Below are positions 47,401 to 57,077 of a DNA stretch of 64,000 bases, piece by piece; the stretch's first letter is position 1, and each line of letters starts with the position of its first letter. The notes under the pieces are model-generated. The model saw only the letters and a program-made list of their open reading frames with translations, made no database searches and had not been told where the DNA came from. The position numbers and the translations under genes are program-made. This stretch comes from a virus. The stretch lies in UHGV virus genome UHGV-0140522; one strand, written 5' to 3'.

Positions 47401-49214
47401 CCCTGGGCAACGTTGATAACACGCACGCGCATTGGTTCCAGATCTGGCTCGGTAATCGTCCAGACGCCATTCATAACCGGCATATCACCAGAATTGAGCG
47501 CTTTGGAGAAGGTTACTTTGGTAATGTCTTCCCCGGTCTCAAGAATATCGCGCTCAACGATTTCTCCTTCCTGATTCAAGATCCGGATGTAGCTACCAGC
47601 CTTATTCAGCGTAACCGGTGCGTCGAGAGTGATGCTGTTCTTTGTGAACGCCACAATGCGGCCAGAGTTGCGTTTACCAGCACGGTATTTGTTCTGAATC
47701 AGCACCGTTTCGCCCGGCATCAGGAAGGAAGCATCCAGCCCTGCCGTAAAGCTGATAACGTCGGACTCCATGCGTGCGGTATACAGCAGCCACAGACCGA
47801 CACGATGCGCCTGGCCACGGCTTGTACAGCCGAACGCAACCACTTCGGTTTTGCGCTCGCCATAACGACGCATCGCCTCCTGGTCTTCGACGTACTCGAT
47901 GTTCTGCTTGTAGCCGTCTTCCTTGTTGTTGTAGGTCACAAGAGCCACTGACGGACGGTCTTTACGCGCAGATCCCTTGTAACTGAACATGCCATCTTTG
48001 ACGTTCGCGTTGGTGAACATCATGACCGGATCTGACGGACTATCCTGCATGACGTTAACCATGCCGCCAGCCCAGAAGACCATTCCGCGGAAGGCGCCAG
48101 CGATATCCTGAATCAGTCGGTACGCATCCTGACGGCTGGTGATCTGGGTGTTGATAGCGAAGCGCTTCTCTTTGCCACCGAAACCATCGTCAATCTCTTC
48201 GTCGCAGTAGCGCCCAATCTGGTAGATCTGCCCGAGGTCAATCATGGACTCAGAAACGTACTGCCCCAGGCCATAACGGGCGTTGGTAAGCAGGTCGAAG
48301 AGAATCCAGGCAGGGTTGGAAGATGACAACAGCTTGAATGTGCCATCCCATACGCCGATATAGGTGTTTGTGTGCTCGTCGTAGTTGGACGGGACTCGGA
48401 TCTTAAGGCCACGCACCAGATACGAACGAGACGGCATCGAGCTGCCGAACTGCTCTGAGTTGACCTTGAGACCAACCAGCGCGGAGTTCGGGTAGTTCAT
48501 CGGCGTATCAACAATCTCACCGATAGAGTCCACCCACGTATCGTTAAAGATGTACTGAGTGTTGCTGTCATCGGTCAGACGAAGCACGCGAACCTTGTAG
48601 GCACGACCTGGCTTGGGCAGTTTTAGCTCATAGCTGCGGTAGTAGACGCCCGTCTTTTTTGCCGTCAGCGTAATTTCGGAAGTGCTCTCCCCTTCTGCGA
48701 TGGCGTCCTTGAAGGCATTATCGCCATTGGCAATCTGGAATTTGTAATTCACGGTCGTACCGTTGGTATCACCGGTCTTTTTGTCGATGCTACGCAGAGA
48801 CGGGAACTTAAGAATGACGCGGACACGGTCTGCCTCATCGTTATCGATGGCAATCGTAACGTCGTGCATTCTTTTCAACTGGATGTTGACTGACTTCGGC
48901 GTTTCAACGAAATCGAACCCGGACATCGGCGTCTGGTCTTGTGAACCATCGCGGAAGTCCCACGTGATACCGCTAAAGTTTGGAGACCCGTCTTCGTTAA
49001 GGATTGGCAGATCATCAACGAAGATCGACTTTGCGCCATCCACCAGCCCGCCAATGACACCCTCCCCGAGCAGGTCGAGGATGGACGCCATAGCACGCGA
49101 GTTTACGGTATCGTCGGCTTCAACCGGCGTGCGGCTGGAGCCACTGCTTTTCTTACCGCCAGCACCTGCAATCAGGAGAGGCAGTCTCTTCTTCTTGAAC
49201 TGTTCCATGTTCAA
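44493..49214 (-). CDS. central tail fibre / host specificity protein, lambda gpJ-like (1573 aa)
   Basis: N-terminal tail-tip domain (GLKVNSEQFGS..RSYLVRGLKIRVP), FN3-like regions, a coiled coil with 29-aa tandem repeats and a C-terminal receptor-binding region. Confidence 0.8.
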   Translation of the reverse strand: MNMEQFKKKRLPLLIAGAGGKKSSGSSRTPVEADDTVNSRAMASILDLLGEGVIGGLVDGAKSIFVDDLPILNEDGSPNFSGITWDFRDGSQDQTPMSGFDFVETPKSVNIQLKRMHDVTIAIDNDEADRVRVILKFPSLRSIDKKTGDTNGTTVNYKFQIANGDNAFKDAIAEGESTSEITLTAKKTGVYYRSYELKLPKPGRAYKVRVLRLTDDSNTQYIFNDTWVDSIGEIVDTPMNYPNSALVGLKVNSEQFGSSMPSRSYLVRGLKIRVPSNYDEHTNTYIGVWDGTFKLLSSSNPAWILFDLLTNARYGLGQYVSESMIDLGQIYQIGRYCDEEIDDGFGGKEKRFAINTQITSRQDAYRLIQDIAGAFRGMVFWAGGMVNVMQDSPSDPVMMFTNANVKDGMFSYKGSARKDRPSVALVTYNNKEDGYKQNIEYVEDQEAMRRYGERKTEVVAFGCTSRGQAHRVGLWLLYTARMESDVISFTAGLDASFLMPGETVLIQNKYRAGKRNSGRIVAFTKNSITLDAPVTLNKAGSYIRILNQEGEIVERDILETGEDITKVTFSKALNSGDMPVMNGVWTITEPDLEPMRVRVINVAQGEAQGTFDVTVVQNNASKYEAIDNGATLIPENNTVLDPTYSKPTNLQVTEGTYISSPGNLSIKLVATWEGKSAEYWISWRRSDENNVSNWQSARVTEEQFEILNIAENGQYDIQLYAVSFSGKKTDIISTVYQVKGTMTPPGSPTSLTAVGDYRNVILNWVNPDSIDLDHINVYASQTNDLETAKLIAEAASTTFTHAGLGDSETWYYWVRAVNKRGMLSPPNSNLGTEAMTRDVLSFLTGKITSSELGQELLEEIDSKASQDAVDAINKQMEESLKELDQSVADLDSKLEDTSGRLEQAQNDLKNEVSGTLDKVNDALQQVEDSNAALVELQETVSEQGKAVAGAVEAAHAALDNASALIAEEREARVEGDKANAKQIEAMKSSVDDSVAAVEEMKKTVAEVERASAEVSTNIEALAKTNIDLALRQDEDQHKQMVNNAKIATTQKTFADDMSAMASKVEEIRAEIGEDIRASILEETTARVEADKAIATHISKLEAQLNDDISAAIVAEQEARATADEALSRQITTLQAKVEGDISAALTEEQIARATADEALSKQITQLKAQTGEDIKAAVAAETQARTDADGALASQISSLKAQTAEDIKAAVATETKARTDADSALAGQITNLQAQTGKDINAAITSEATARANADGALGKRIDTVKAEVDGNSALIQEQAKAIADTDKKVSAAWTLKMETSTSGGQKYVAGIALGIDSTGLSQFLVQADRFGLVNSVNGKITTPFVIENGVAYMNGAWIKDGTISNAKIGNVIQSNDYVSGRSGWSIRKDGTAEFCNGTFRGNVDANSGTLNHVTIADTCIINGTLRAEKIIGDVVKAAGREFPHFKNPTTGEYLYANGSLTVTVHDDQSFDRQIIIPPILFSGSSYESNTSNDVWDECTFKVTHNGSLIYQATSSGKQECYNAIFDMPAGRGAKTLTFTASTRGNSGGWPRSRVSDLLVIVVKKSTSGIVIS
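45400..45900. repeat. ~87-bp tandem repeats (x5-6) encoding 29-aa coiled-coil repeats (..ARTDADGALASQISSLKAQTAEDIKAAVA..) in the J-like gene
   Basis: Read directly from the DNA and the translated ORF. Confidence 0.6.
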
Positions 49215-49229
49215 AAATTTCCCTTCTTA

Positions 49230-49817
49230 CTAAAGCTGGTCGATGGTGATCGAAGAACTCACAACCTGTGAGCCGACCAGAATTTCCTCGCCATAAATGA
49301 GCTGAACCGGGTTGCCCTGGTTAGTGGTGTTTTGTGGCCCGTCGAAATAAAACGAGTTCGAGTTATCTGCCTGCCTTACGCTGTCATTGGTCGCCTGGGG
49401 CGAAATTAACTGCGAAATACCTCCCATCATTAGCGACAAGCCGAGCGGGGCCAGCGCTGGGAACCAGAATGAGGCAACCATGACGAGTGCCCCTACGACT
49501 GTCTGGAACCAACCAAAAGCCTTACCGCCACTACCGCGAGGAACCGGCGTGATGCGGATCTTCGCGATGTTGTCGGACTGCCCCATCATTTGAAACTCGC
49601 TCTCATCAACCGACCACTTATGCCCCTGCTTATTGGTGATCTGGATGTGGTAACTGTCGTAGGTCTTCATGTTGCGTTTCATCCAGGCTTTTAAGCCCGG
49701 ACGGTTGGCTTCGACCAAATCCAACGCCTGTTTGGTGTTGCGCACTTTTAAATGCCAGTGGCGGCCGAAATGTCTGGCCATCGGGCCACCAAGTTGCACA
49801 TGAACTAACTCAGACAC
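49230..49817 (-). CDS. tail assembly protein I-like
   Basis: Lambda gpI-like: N-terminal ubiquitin-like region plus C-terminal hydrophobic segment; position between the K and J homologues. Confidence 0.65.
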   Translation of the reverse strand: MSELVHVQLGGPMARHFGRHWHLKVRNTKQALDLVEANRPGLKAWMKRNMKTYDSYHIQITNKQGHKWSVDESEFQMMGQSDNIAKIRITPVPRGSGGKAFGWFQTVVGALVMVASFWFPALAPLGLSLMMGGISQLISPQATNDSVRQADNSNSFYFDGPQNTTNQGNPVQLIYGEEILVGSQVVSSSITIDQL

Positions 49818-50602
49818 GTTTCATCTCCCTTGAGTAAGTCTCTGTGACGCAGGTGGTGCGTCGTGTGTTTCTGGTACATGCCACCGTAATAAGCGCGACA
49901 GCTCAGACGGTCGATCTGGTGGTGCAGGATCATTCCGTCTCCGATGTACACCGCGCAGTGGTCAGGCATCTTTCCGTACTGAATGAAGAAGACGTCACCA
50001 CGCTGGGGTTCCGTCCCCGGCGCCAGACGAACAAGCCCTTCATTGCGGTAGTTCTGATCGAGAATGTCGGTATCGCCCGTGTACCACGATGGAATATGCA
50101 GGTGCGGGTTTGGATTCAACTCGACGTTGAACTCACGCTTCAGGTAGTCGCGGCACAGCATCCAGCAGTCGAAGACACCAAACACATAGGGCCGCCCCAG
50201 ATAAGGCATCTCAAAGCCGTCTGGGGTGATCACATTCATCTCACTGAAGTGAAATGGCGCATCGCCCTCGACGTTCTTCCGAACAGCCAGAATCAGCCAC
50301 GGAACTTCCGTTGCCTCGCATCCGGCGCGGTCGGCGTCTGACGCTTCAGCTGATTCGTCAGTGTGGGAGTGCCAGATGGCAACCACGTCTCCCGCATCTT
50401 CCGCTGCGATAATGTCGTCAGCGTGCATAACAAACGTGTTTTCCGGGTTTTCCGACACGTTCCGGGCTTCCATGAAGCGATATTTCTCGCCAGTGGTACG
50501 TACCAGAAAGCCACACGCTTCGTTCGGGTAGCGTTTGATGGCTGTCAGATAGATTTCCTGCATAACGTCCGAACCAAGCTCAGGGAAAGCTCTATTACCC
50601 AT
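49805..50602 (-). CDS. tail assembly protein K-like (MPN/JAB plus NlpC/P60 domains)
   Basis: HSHTDES..SDADR JAB motif and a Cys/His NlpC/P60 core (CWMLCRDY.. DHCAVYIGDG). Confidence 0.75.
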   Translation of the reverse strand: MGNRAFPELGSDVMQEIYLTAIKRYPNEACGFLVRTTGEKYRFMEARNVSENPENTFVMHADDIIAAEDAGDVVAIWHSHTDESAEASDADRAGCEATEVPWLILAVRKNVEGDAPFHFSEMNVITPDGFEMPYLGRPYVFGVFDCWMLCRDYLKREFNVELNPNPHLHIPSWYTGDTDILDQNYRNEGLVRLAPGTEPQRGDVFFIQYGKMPDHCAVYIGDGMILHHQIDRLSCRAYYGGMYQKHTTHHLRHRDLLKGDETCLS

Positions 50603-51293
50603 AACGCGTTGCTCCAATGAACCCGCCAAAGTGGATTACGCCATTGGCAAAGTAGTTACGGCGTGCGTTGCATGAGTCGTAGCGTTTCGTGCAGTAATCC
50701 GCGCCTGACATGGTGGTTTGCTGGTTGTTTTTGTCGAAATAGGGGCCGGTGTAGCCGCACTCTGGACCGCGGTATTTCCACGGGCAGGTGTTTTTGATGA
50801 TCTGGCGGTACGGCAGCTGCACGCCCATCAGATCGAACACACTCGACAGCTCAAACTCGACAACCTCATGGGTTTCGAGAGTCTTCTGTTCGATGAACCA
50901 CATCTCATCCGGGAAGTGCTGATTTGGATCTGCGGTTGGATTCCCGTCTTTGAAGTTGGCCGCGTCGAGAAAACGCGCCAGCGTCATCTTGCGGATGATG
51001 CGACAGCCAACCAGATCGTCGTTTGCCTGAACTTCAGCGGAGACAGTTCCGGCAAAGTTGGAGACCTGGATTTTTGGACGCGGCAAAGTACCCTGACCAG
51101 TCTTATCAAAGCCTGACGCCTTGATTGGCCACGGTTCGTAGGACACGCCTTGCCAAACGACTGGCTCCATCAGTTCGTTTGTACCAGCGTGGAAAAACAG
51201 CTTGCCCCCAGAGGTGGTGTTCGACATATCAAGTTCGAACAGCTCAATGAGCGCGGAGGGCGACAAGCTCTGAATATCAGCTTTAATACCCAT
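50595..51293 (-). CDS. minor tail protein L-like (start at MGIKADI), C-terminal 4-Cys cluster
   Basis: gpL-like N-terminal domain; CPWKYRGPECGY..C..C iron-sulfur-type cluster; AAGGAAG RBS. Confidence 0.75.
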   Translation of the reverse strand: MGIKADIQSLSPSALIELFELDMSNTTSGGKLFFHAGTNELMEPVVWQGVSYEPWPIKASGFDKTGQGTLPRPKIQVSNFAGTVSAEVQANDDLVGCRIIRKMTLARFLDAANFKDGNPTADPNQHFPDEMWFIEQKTLETHEVVEFELSSVFDLMGVQLPYRQIIKNTCPWKYRGPECGYTGPYFDKNNQQTTMSGADYCTKRYDSCNARRNYFANGVIHFGGFIGATRYG

Positions 51294-51382
51294 CGTTTCT
51301 TCCTTGAAATAAAGAGGCGCCAACATCCTGTCAGCGCCTATAGATAATAGTAAATAAGTGCTTACTTATCTAGTGGGTTGAA

Positions 51383-51718
51383 TTATCCTTCATAAATTTG
51401 TCGGAAGGTCGCAGTGAGAACGAGATAGCCCTGGTAACGCTTCACAGTATGGCTGTCGCACACCACAACCATCTTTTTGCCACGAGGGTTCGTCCAGTAG
51501 AACGACTCAACGGCCGCGCGTGCCGTCAAAAAGTCATCGACGGCATTAATAACGTCGTAAGAGCGCGTAAATGTCAGGCTCCACTCTTCTTTAATGCGAT
51601 TGAGACCTTTGGCCTGGCGCTGTTCGTAATCGTCACCGAAATTCAGCACCGTCACGTTAGGCTTCACGGTCTTTTCCGACTCGTAGTCGGGATACCAGTT
51701 AAAAGTCAGTCTTTCCAT
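51383..51718 (-). CDS. minor tail protein M-like
   Basis: Size and position between the tape measure and the L homologue; gpM-like sequence features. Confidence 0.65.
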   Translation of the reverse strand: MERLTFNWYPDYESEKTVKPNVTVLNFGDDYEQRQAKGLNRIKEEWSLTFTRSYDVINAVDDFLTARAAVESFYWTNPRGKKMVVVCDSHTVKRYQGYLVLTATFRQIYEG

Positions 51719-51759
51719 CTCACATCCTTGTGAGGCTGCCCCTTCCGGGGCAGCCGTGG

Positions 51760-54700
51760 TTAGTTACGTTGAGAGTTAGGGTTGAGCGAACCGCCTGGCC
51801 GCTTCTCCTGAGCGATGGTTTCAAGCGCGATCGCCTTCATGCGCTGCGCTGCCTGACTCCATGCGCCTTCGGAATTGCTGTTCTCCGAAACACTGCCGTC
51901 GCTGTTGACGTTGATCTCAATGCTGACAGGTGAGAAAACGCCGCCACCGCCGCCTTTAACACCCTCTGCGTTGAGCGTAACCGGGATGGAACGCCCATCC
52001 GGAAGCGGAACGTAGGCTTCGTTCATATCCCCTTCACCAAACAGCGCCAGCTGTGGAGAGTCAGCGATGCCACCTTTCTGGTACGCACGCAGCGGAACCA
52101 CGCCGTCTTTCCCGAAAATGCCGCCTTTGGCGAACTTCGGAATTGCCGGGATGCCGCCAGTACCATCAGATGCCGATCCGGTGAGATTGTTGAACCCGGA
52201 GTTAGAGCCGGAGGAACCCGATCCGATGTTGTCGAAGCCACCACCAGCCCAGGCAGACACCAGCCCAGAGGCAATGGTAGCGCCGAAGCTCAACCACTTA
52301 TTGCCAGAGCCGGACATGTTTGCTCCCAGCATGGCAAACGCGGCAGAAAGCGCCCCCGTGACAGAGCTAAGGTTCTGCATGGAGAAGATGGATGTCTTCA
52401 CCGCTTTGGTTTCCGCGTCTTTGGCTTCAGTACTGGTGAACAGTCCATTCACCCAGCTGCCGATCGCGTTGGTTGCAGAGCCAATCGCGCTGGTCGTCTG
52501 CTGAGTGGTCTGCCCCAGACCGGAGACCGAGCTGGAGGTCTCTTTCGTCGCCTCACCCACGCTCTTATCGCCGTTGACCGCATTCATCCGGACGCCCTGG
52601 TTGGCAACCGCTGATGCGACACCAGAAAGCAGATTGCCGCTCTGAGAGCTGCCCGCTGCCGTCGTTCCCATCCCCAGCATGTTCATGAGAGGCAGGGTGA
52701 TCTGCGTCTTCACAACCATGTTGGTGATGTCGCGGAGGATGGATTCTGCCAGGCTGGAGAAGTCCATTTTCCCCTTCATGACGAAGTCGGTCAGCGTATC
52801 CGTCATGTTGCTGAACAGGTTGCTCCAGCTGTTTTCCAGCTGATCGGCCAGATTCTCGTACTCAAGCGCCAGCTTCTGTGTCGCCGTACCCGTCTCTTTG
52901 ATGAGAGCGGTGTTGCCTGCCGCCACCAGCTGGTTAATCTGCTTGGTGTAAAGCGCCACGATTTTCGGATCAGAAGCCTGGTCACGCAGATCCATCAACG
53001 CTTTCAGGTTACGGTTGTAGGTGTCGTTGAAATCGGCCACCTTCTCTTCACGAGACGGCTTGTAACCCGCGCTGATGATGGAATCGGATTCCGGCGCCCA
53101 GGTGGAGATCATCTGCTCGACGTTGCGGCGGTTGAACATCTCGCGATAGTCGTCGCTCGCGTTAGCCAGGTCAGCCAGGCGTGACTTGGCTTTGTCGATC
53201 ATCTCCTGAGTGATGAACTCATTCGGTACGGCGTTGGCCAGTTCGGTCAGCGATTTGGTGGTATCGCGTAGAGACTGGTCAAACGACACGGTCGCTTTAG
53301 AGCTTTCACCCATCTGCCCCATAAGCTGATCGGCTTTATCCAGCGCTTTCTGGTAGCCGGCCGCCAGCTTACGCTGCGCATTTTCTTCCTTCCGTGCGGC
53401 ACGCTGAGAAGCATTGGCAGTACGCTGCCCGGCTTTTTCCGCAGCTGCGGCGTCCTGCTCACGCGCTTTGGTTAGTGCGGCGATCGCTGCTGCACGTTCC
53501 TCGTCGCTCATTTTCTCCAGAGAGCTGGCGCTGGAGGCTTTCTGCAGGTTCAGTTGGGTTTTGAGCTGCTTCGGCCCAATGATCGGCTTACCTTCGAAGT
53601 CCAGCATCGCCGTACCGTCTGGCAACGTGCGCTGATAGGTTGCGGAGTCCATCTGGTTGCGCATGTACTGCGCCAGAGCTTTCTGGGCCGCCTTGTCGCT
53701 CGTACCAAGCCCCAAAACGGTTCCCTGGTTGGACATGACACCCTTACCAGTTTTGGCAGCGTTATCACGCTCAAACTCGGCCTGAGTCAACTCCTGAGCG
53801 ACAGCTTCCAGATGCTCCTGATAGCCTCGAATACTGCCTTGTAGCTTCTGAATCTGCTCGGTATTGCCCTCTTTCTTCGCTTTTTCGAGCAGATCGTTGT
53901 AGTGGGCAATCTGCTTCTCGGTCGCGTTTTTACGGGAGGACAGTGAATCGACCAGTTTTTGCGCCGGTTCCAGGTATGACTTGTTCACCGTTTCACGGAG
54001 CGGTGCGAGAAGTTTGTTCTTCTCATCGTCAGACAGTGATTTGTCGTCATTGATTTTCTGGATCTTGTCCAGAGCCTCCTGACGTGCTTTCACAAATGTC
54101 GCAGAGAAGACCTGATTGTCGGCCCGGATTTTCTCAATCTGGGATTCTGCTGCCTCTTTAGCCAGACGTTTGGCTACAGCCCCGTCACCCAGCGCAATGG
54201 TGCCGGTAATCTTCTGGTACTCTTCCTGATTCTTCTTCAGGCGAGCCTCGATATCGGCTTTTGACTCTTTGTGAGTGACAGCGCCAACAGAGTTGGACAC
54301 ATAGCTCACGCTTTCGCCTGTTTTGAGCGCTCGCTGGTCTGCGATGATCTCTTTTTCGAGCTTTTCCGCACGCTCTGCCATCTGCGCACGTTTGGCCGCC
54401 GTCATCGCTTCCGGGATTTTGCGGATCTCGTCAACGACTTTTGACGTTTCGCTGCGGAGCATGGTCATATACGTGATAAGACCGGCTACAGCCACGGTAG
54501 CGACGGTGAACGCTGCACCAATGGGGTTTGCTGCGATGAACGCAGTTAGCCCAGCGAATGCCCCCTGTAACCCCGTGATCGCGCCACGGATAGCGAAGAT
54601 CAGCGATGGGATTGGAGCCAGACCCATACGAGCCGCACGATTAAAGCGGGTGACAGCTGTCGCGCCCAGATTGAACGGCGCCTGGATGACAGTCGACATC

Positions 54701-56364
54701 GTCGCAAACGTGTTAACCATCTGCCCGGCAGTGCCAATCACGCCCATGATGCCCGCGCGCATCAGTTTGAACGCCACCATAGCGGCCACTACTTTGCCCA
54801 GGTTGACAATCAACTCCTGGTTTTTCGCCAGCCACTGCGCCAGCTCACGTAAGCTGTCGATTGCGGTGGTAAGTCCGGAACCCAGCGAGTTAGCGAACGA
54901 AATGCCCTCTGCGCTATTCATGATGGAGGCCAGCTCTTTCATCCCCTTTGAGAGAGAATCCAGATAGCCCGCCTGACCGACACGATCGGCAAACAGCGTA
55001 AAGGAGGTTTGCAATTGCGCCAGCGCACCAGTGTAGGTTTGCATCATGTCTTTGGCGGCGTTTTCGTTCTCCGCACGCAGACCAACGAACATCAGCGATA
55101 GCGCCTGTTTCGCTTCCACAGTACCGGTGGAGACTGCTTTGGTCAGTTCCCCCATAGTGATACCGGCAGCGTCTGCCATCGCCTTCATCGCGTTAGGAAC
55201 GGCTTCACCTAATTGCTGACGCAGTTCTTCCATCGACACGACGCCCTTACCGGACATCTGCTGGACAGCCACGGCAGCACGTTTAAGCAGCTCGCTATCG
55301 CCGCCGAAGCGTGCAACGGAGTCCACCAGTGCTTTCAGCGATCCGTCAGTAGGATCGAGACCTGCCGAGCGGAATTTAACGAAGGAATCGGTCAGCGCCT
55401 GCATCGCAAACGGGGCGTTTTGCGCCATATCCACGATGTACTGCATATCCTCTGCGGCTGCTTTACCAGGGTTGGCCTTGTCCTTGTTCAGCCCGCGCAA
55501 CATGACGCGCATACGCTCCATTTCGGAGGCGGCTTCGACGATTGGCTTCTGCCAGCCAAACAGGATGTCAGTTACCGTTCTTGCCGCATCACCAATCTCG
55601 CCCAGCAGGAAAATATTGCCGCGCAGACCAGAGAACATGCCATTTTCAGCACCGCGCCCGCCGTGGCCATTTGTACCGCCACGTCGACCACCGCCACCAT
55701 TACCACCGCCCTCACCGTAGCCGCTGGTGCGCACACGTACCGGCTTGCTGATCAGTTGCTGGCGGCCAATCACGGCATCCATCTGATCGCGGACTTTCTT
55801 CAGCCCCTCGGCAGCCTGGCTCGTTGTGACGCCCCAATTACTGAGACGCTTCGTCGTGGTGTTAAGGCGCGTATTCATGCCACTCACGGATGAAGAGGCT
55901 TCTTTTACTTCCGTACCGAAGCGGCTGGCGCTCTTGCCAGCGAACGTTGCCCAATCGGAAAACTCGTTGAGTTCAGACTGAACCTTGCGCAGCGATGTGG
56001 TGAGTTTATTAACGGATGAGGTGGTTGTGTCGACGCGCTCAATCAGGGTTTTGAGACCTGAGTTGAGGCTGGTAATGTTGCCTCGCGTCTTGCGCGAAAC
56101 ATCAGACACAAGCTCGAAGCCGGCAGCTACATCCTGTAGTTTGTCTGCCGTGGCATCGAGCTTGGACTCCAGAACGCCGATGATGCGGGAGACCGAACCC
56201 AACGAGCGTTCCAGATTGTTAATTTTCTGAGCGGGCTTTGTGGCCTGCTCCCCGAATCTGGTAAGTAGCTTACCCGCCCGGTCGATTGACGCTGTAAACT
56301 GCTTGTCTTCCAGCGACAGGATAAACTCTACGTTTTGTGACATTCCCTTGTCATCCTCTGCCAA
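51760..56364 (-). CDS. tail tape measure protein (1534 aa)
   Basis: Large alpha-helical protein with a Gly-rich segment and a hydrophobic central region; position downstream of the G/GT pair. Confidence 0.85.
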   Translation of the reverse strand: MAEDDKGMSQNVEFILSLEDKQFTASIDRAGKLLTRFGEQATKPAQKINNLERSLGSVSRIIGVLESKLDATADKLQDVAAGFELVSDVSRKTRGNITSLNSGLKTLIERVDTTTSSVNKLTTSLRKVQSELNEFSDWATFAGKSASRFGTEVKEASSSVSGMNTRLNTTTKRLSNWGVTTSQAAEGLKKVRDQMDAVIGRQQLISKPVRVRTSGYGEGGGNGGGGRRGGTNGHGGRGAENGMFSGLRGNIFLLGEIGDAARTVTDILFGWQKPIVEAASEMERMRVMLRGLNKDKANPGKAAAEDMQYIVDMAQNAPFAMQALTDSFVKFRSAGLDPTDGSLKALVDSVARFGGDSELLKRAAVAVQQMSGKGVVSMEELRQQLGEAVPNAMKAMADAAGITMGELTKAVSTGTVEAKQALSLMFVGLRAENENAAKDMMQTYTGALAQLQTSFTLFADRVGQAGYLDSLSKGMKELASIMNSAEGISFANSLGSGLTTAIDSLRELAQWLAKNQELIVNLGKVVAAMVAFKLMRAGIMGVIGTAGQMVNTFATMSTVIQAPFNLGATAVTRFNRAARMGLAPIPSLIFAIRGAITGLQGAFAGLTAFIAANPIGAAFTVATVAVAGLITYMTMLRSETSKVVDEIRKIPEAMTAAKRAQMAERAEKLEKEIIADQRALKTGESVSYVSNSVGAVTHKESKADIEARLKKNQEEYQKITGTIALGDGAVAKRLAKEAAESQIEKIRADNQVFSATFVKARQEALDKIQKINDDKSLSDDEKNKLLAPLRETVNKSYLEPAQKLVDSLSSRKNATEKQIAHYNDLLEKAKKEGNTEQIQKLQGSIRGYQEHLEAVAQELTQAEFERDNAAKTGKGVMSNQGTVLGLGTSDKAAQKALAQYMRNQMDSATYQRTLPDGTAMLDFEGKPIIGPKQLKTQLNLQKASSASSLEKMSDEERAAAIAALTKAREQDAAAAEKAGQRTANASQRAARKEENAQRKLAAGYQKALDKADQLMGQMGESSKATVSFDQSLRDTTKSLTELANAVPNEFITQEMIDKAKSRLADLANASDDYREMFNRRNVEQMISTWAPESDSIISAGYKPSREEKVADFNDTYNRNLKALMDLRDQASDPKIVALYTKQINQLVAAGNTALIKETGTATQKLALEYENLADQLENSWSNLFSNMTDTLTDFVMKGKMDFSSLAESILRDITNMVVKTQITLPLMNMLGMGTTAAGSSQSGNLLSGVASAVANQGVRMNAVNGDKSVGEATKETSSSVSGLGQTTQQTTSAIGSATNAIGSWVNGLFTSTEAKDAETKAVKTSIFSMQNLSSVTGALSAAFAMLGANMSGSGNKWLSFGATIASGLVSAWAGGGFDNIGSGSSGSNSGFNNLTGSASDGTGGIPAIPKFAKGGIFGKDGVVPLRAYQKGGIADSPQLALFGEGDMNEAYVPLPDGRSIPVTLNAEGVKGGGGGVFSPVSIEINVNSDGSVSENSNSEGAWSQAAQRMKAIALETIAQEKRPGGSLNPNSQRN

Positions 56365-56713
56365 AAATTTGCATCAGTTGCTCTTTGGCGTCAGGGTCTG
56401 CCTTATCCTTGCGTGGATCGTAGACTTTATCGGTTACGACTGGTCTTCCAATCCTGAGTTGCAAACCCTCCATGAACGCCTTCACGCCCTCGCCATCTGC
56501 CTGGGCAGCGCGAGCGACTTGCAGGTTGCGGACATCCTCTTCCGCGCGCAGACGGTCGATGTTGCGACTGAGCATCCAGAACATCGTTAGAGGGACGCCC
56601 AGCAGCTCTAATGGCGACACGGCGTAGTGAGCAACTACACGACTGAAATAGAATCCGAGATCTATCGATACGGTCTTTACCCCGGATTCATCGCGGGAAA
56701 TTACTTTGCCCCT
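56351..56713 (-). CDS. T-extension of the tail assembly chaperone (expressed only by -1 frameshift from the G ORF as a G-T fusion)
   Basis: Open frame, -1 relative to G, overlapping G's last 4 codons and ending by overlap with the tape measure start; see the finding for the candidate slippery site. Confidence 0.45.
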   Translation of the reverse strand, partial: RGKVISRDESGVKTVSIDLGFYFSRVVAHYAVSPLELLGVPLTMFWMLSRNIDRLRAEEDVRNLQVARAAQADGEGVKAFMEGLQLRIGRPVVTDKVYDPRKDKADPDAKEQLMQIFGRG

Positions 56714-57018
56714 TCACCAGCCGCTTTTTCGTTCTCTTCATCAATCACTTCCATAGCGAAGGTGAAGATCTGCTGGAGCTGCGGAACAGTCAGTTTTTCC
56801 AGTACAGCGTCCGGCACGGATGGGATGACCTTGCGAACCAGGTCGGCGTAAGCAGTTACCTGCTCAACAGGCGACATGTTCTGAAGGTCTTTGCCTTCCA
56901 TCTGCTTGATGGAGACGAACAGGCCAACAGTCATTTCAACGATGGGGTATTCCTGACCGCCGAACTTGATGCTTTTCTTCGGAGGCAGAATGGAGTCGAG
57001 ATCGAGTAATTTGGTCAT
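56701..57018 (-). CDS. tail assembly chaperone G-like (105 aa)
   Basis: Small acidic protein immediately upstream of the T frame and the tape measure, in conserved synteny. Confidence 0.6.
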   Translation of the reverse strand: MTKLLDLDSILPPKKSIKFGGQEYPIVEMTVGLFVSIKQMEGKDLQNMSPVEQVTAYADLVRKVIPSVPDAVLEKLTVPQLQQIFTFAMEVIDEENEKAAGEGAK

Positions 57019-57077
57019 TGGTTAAAGTCCTTTTAAAAGAGAGGCTCTTCCTGAGCCTCTGCTTAGTTACGTCGCGA

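Noticed and set aside
52067-55893. Plus-strand ORFs inside the tape measure gene (145, 214, 226 aa)
   Set aside because: Antisense to a continuous 1534-aa ORF with coding periodicity; no RBS; composition artefacts.
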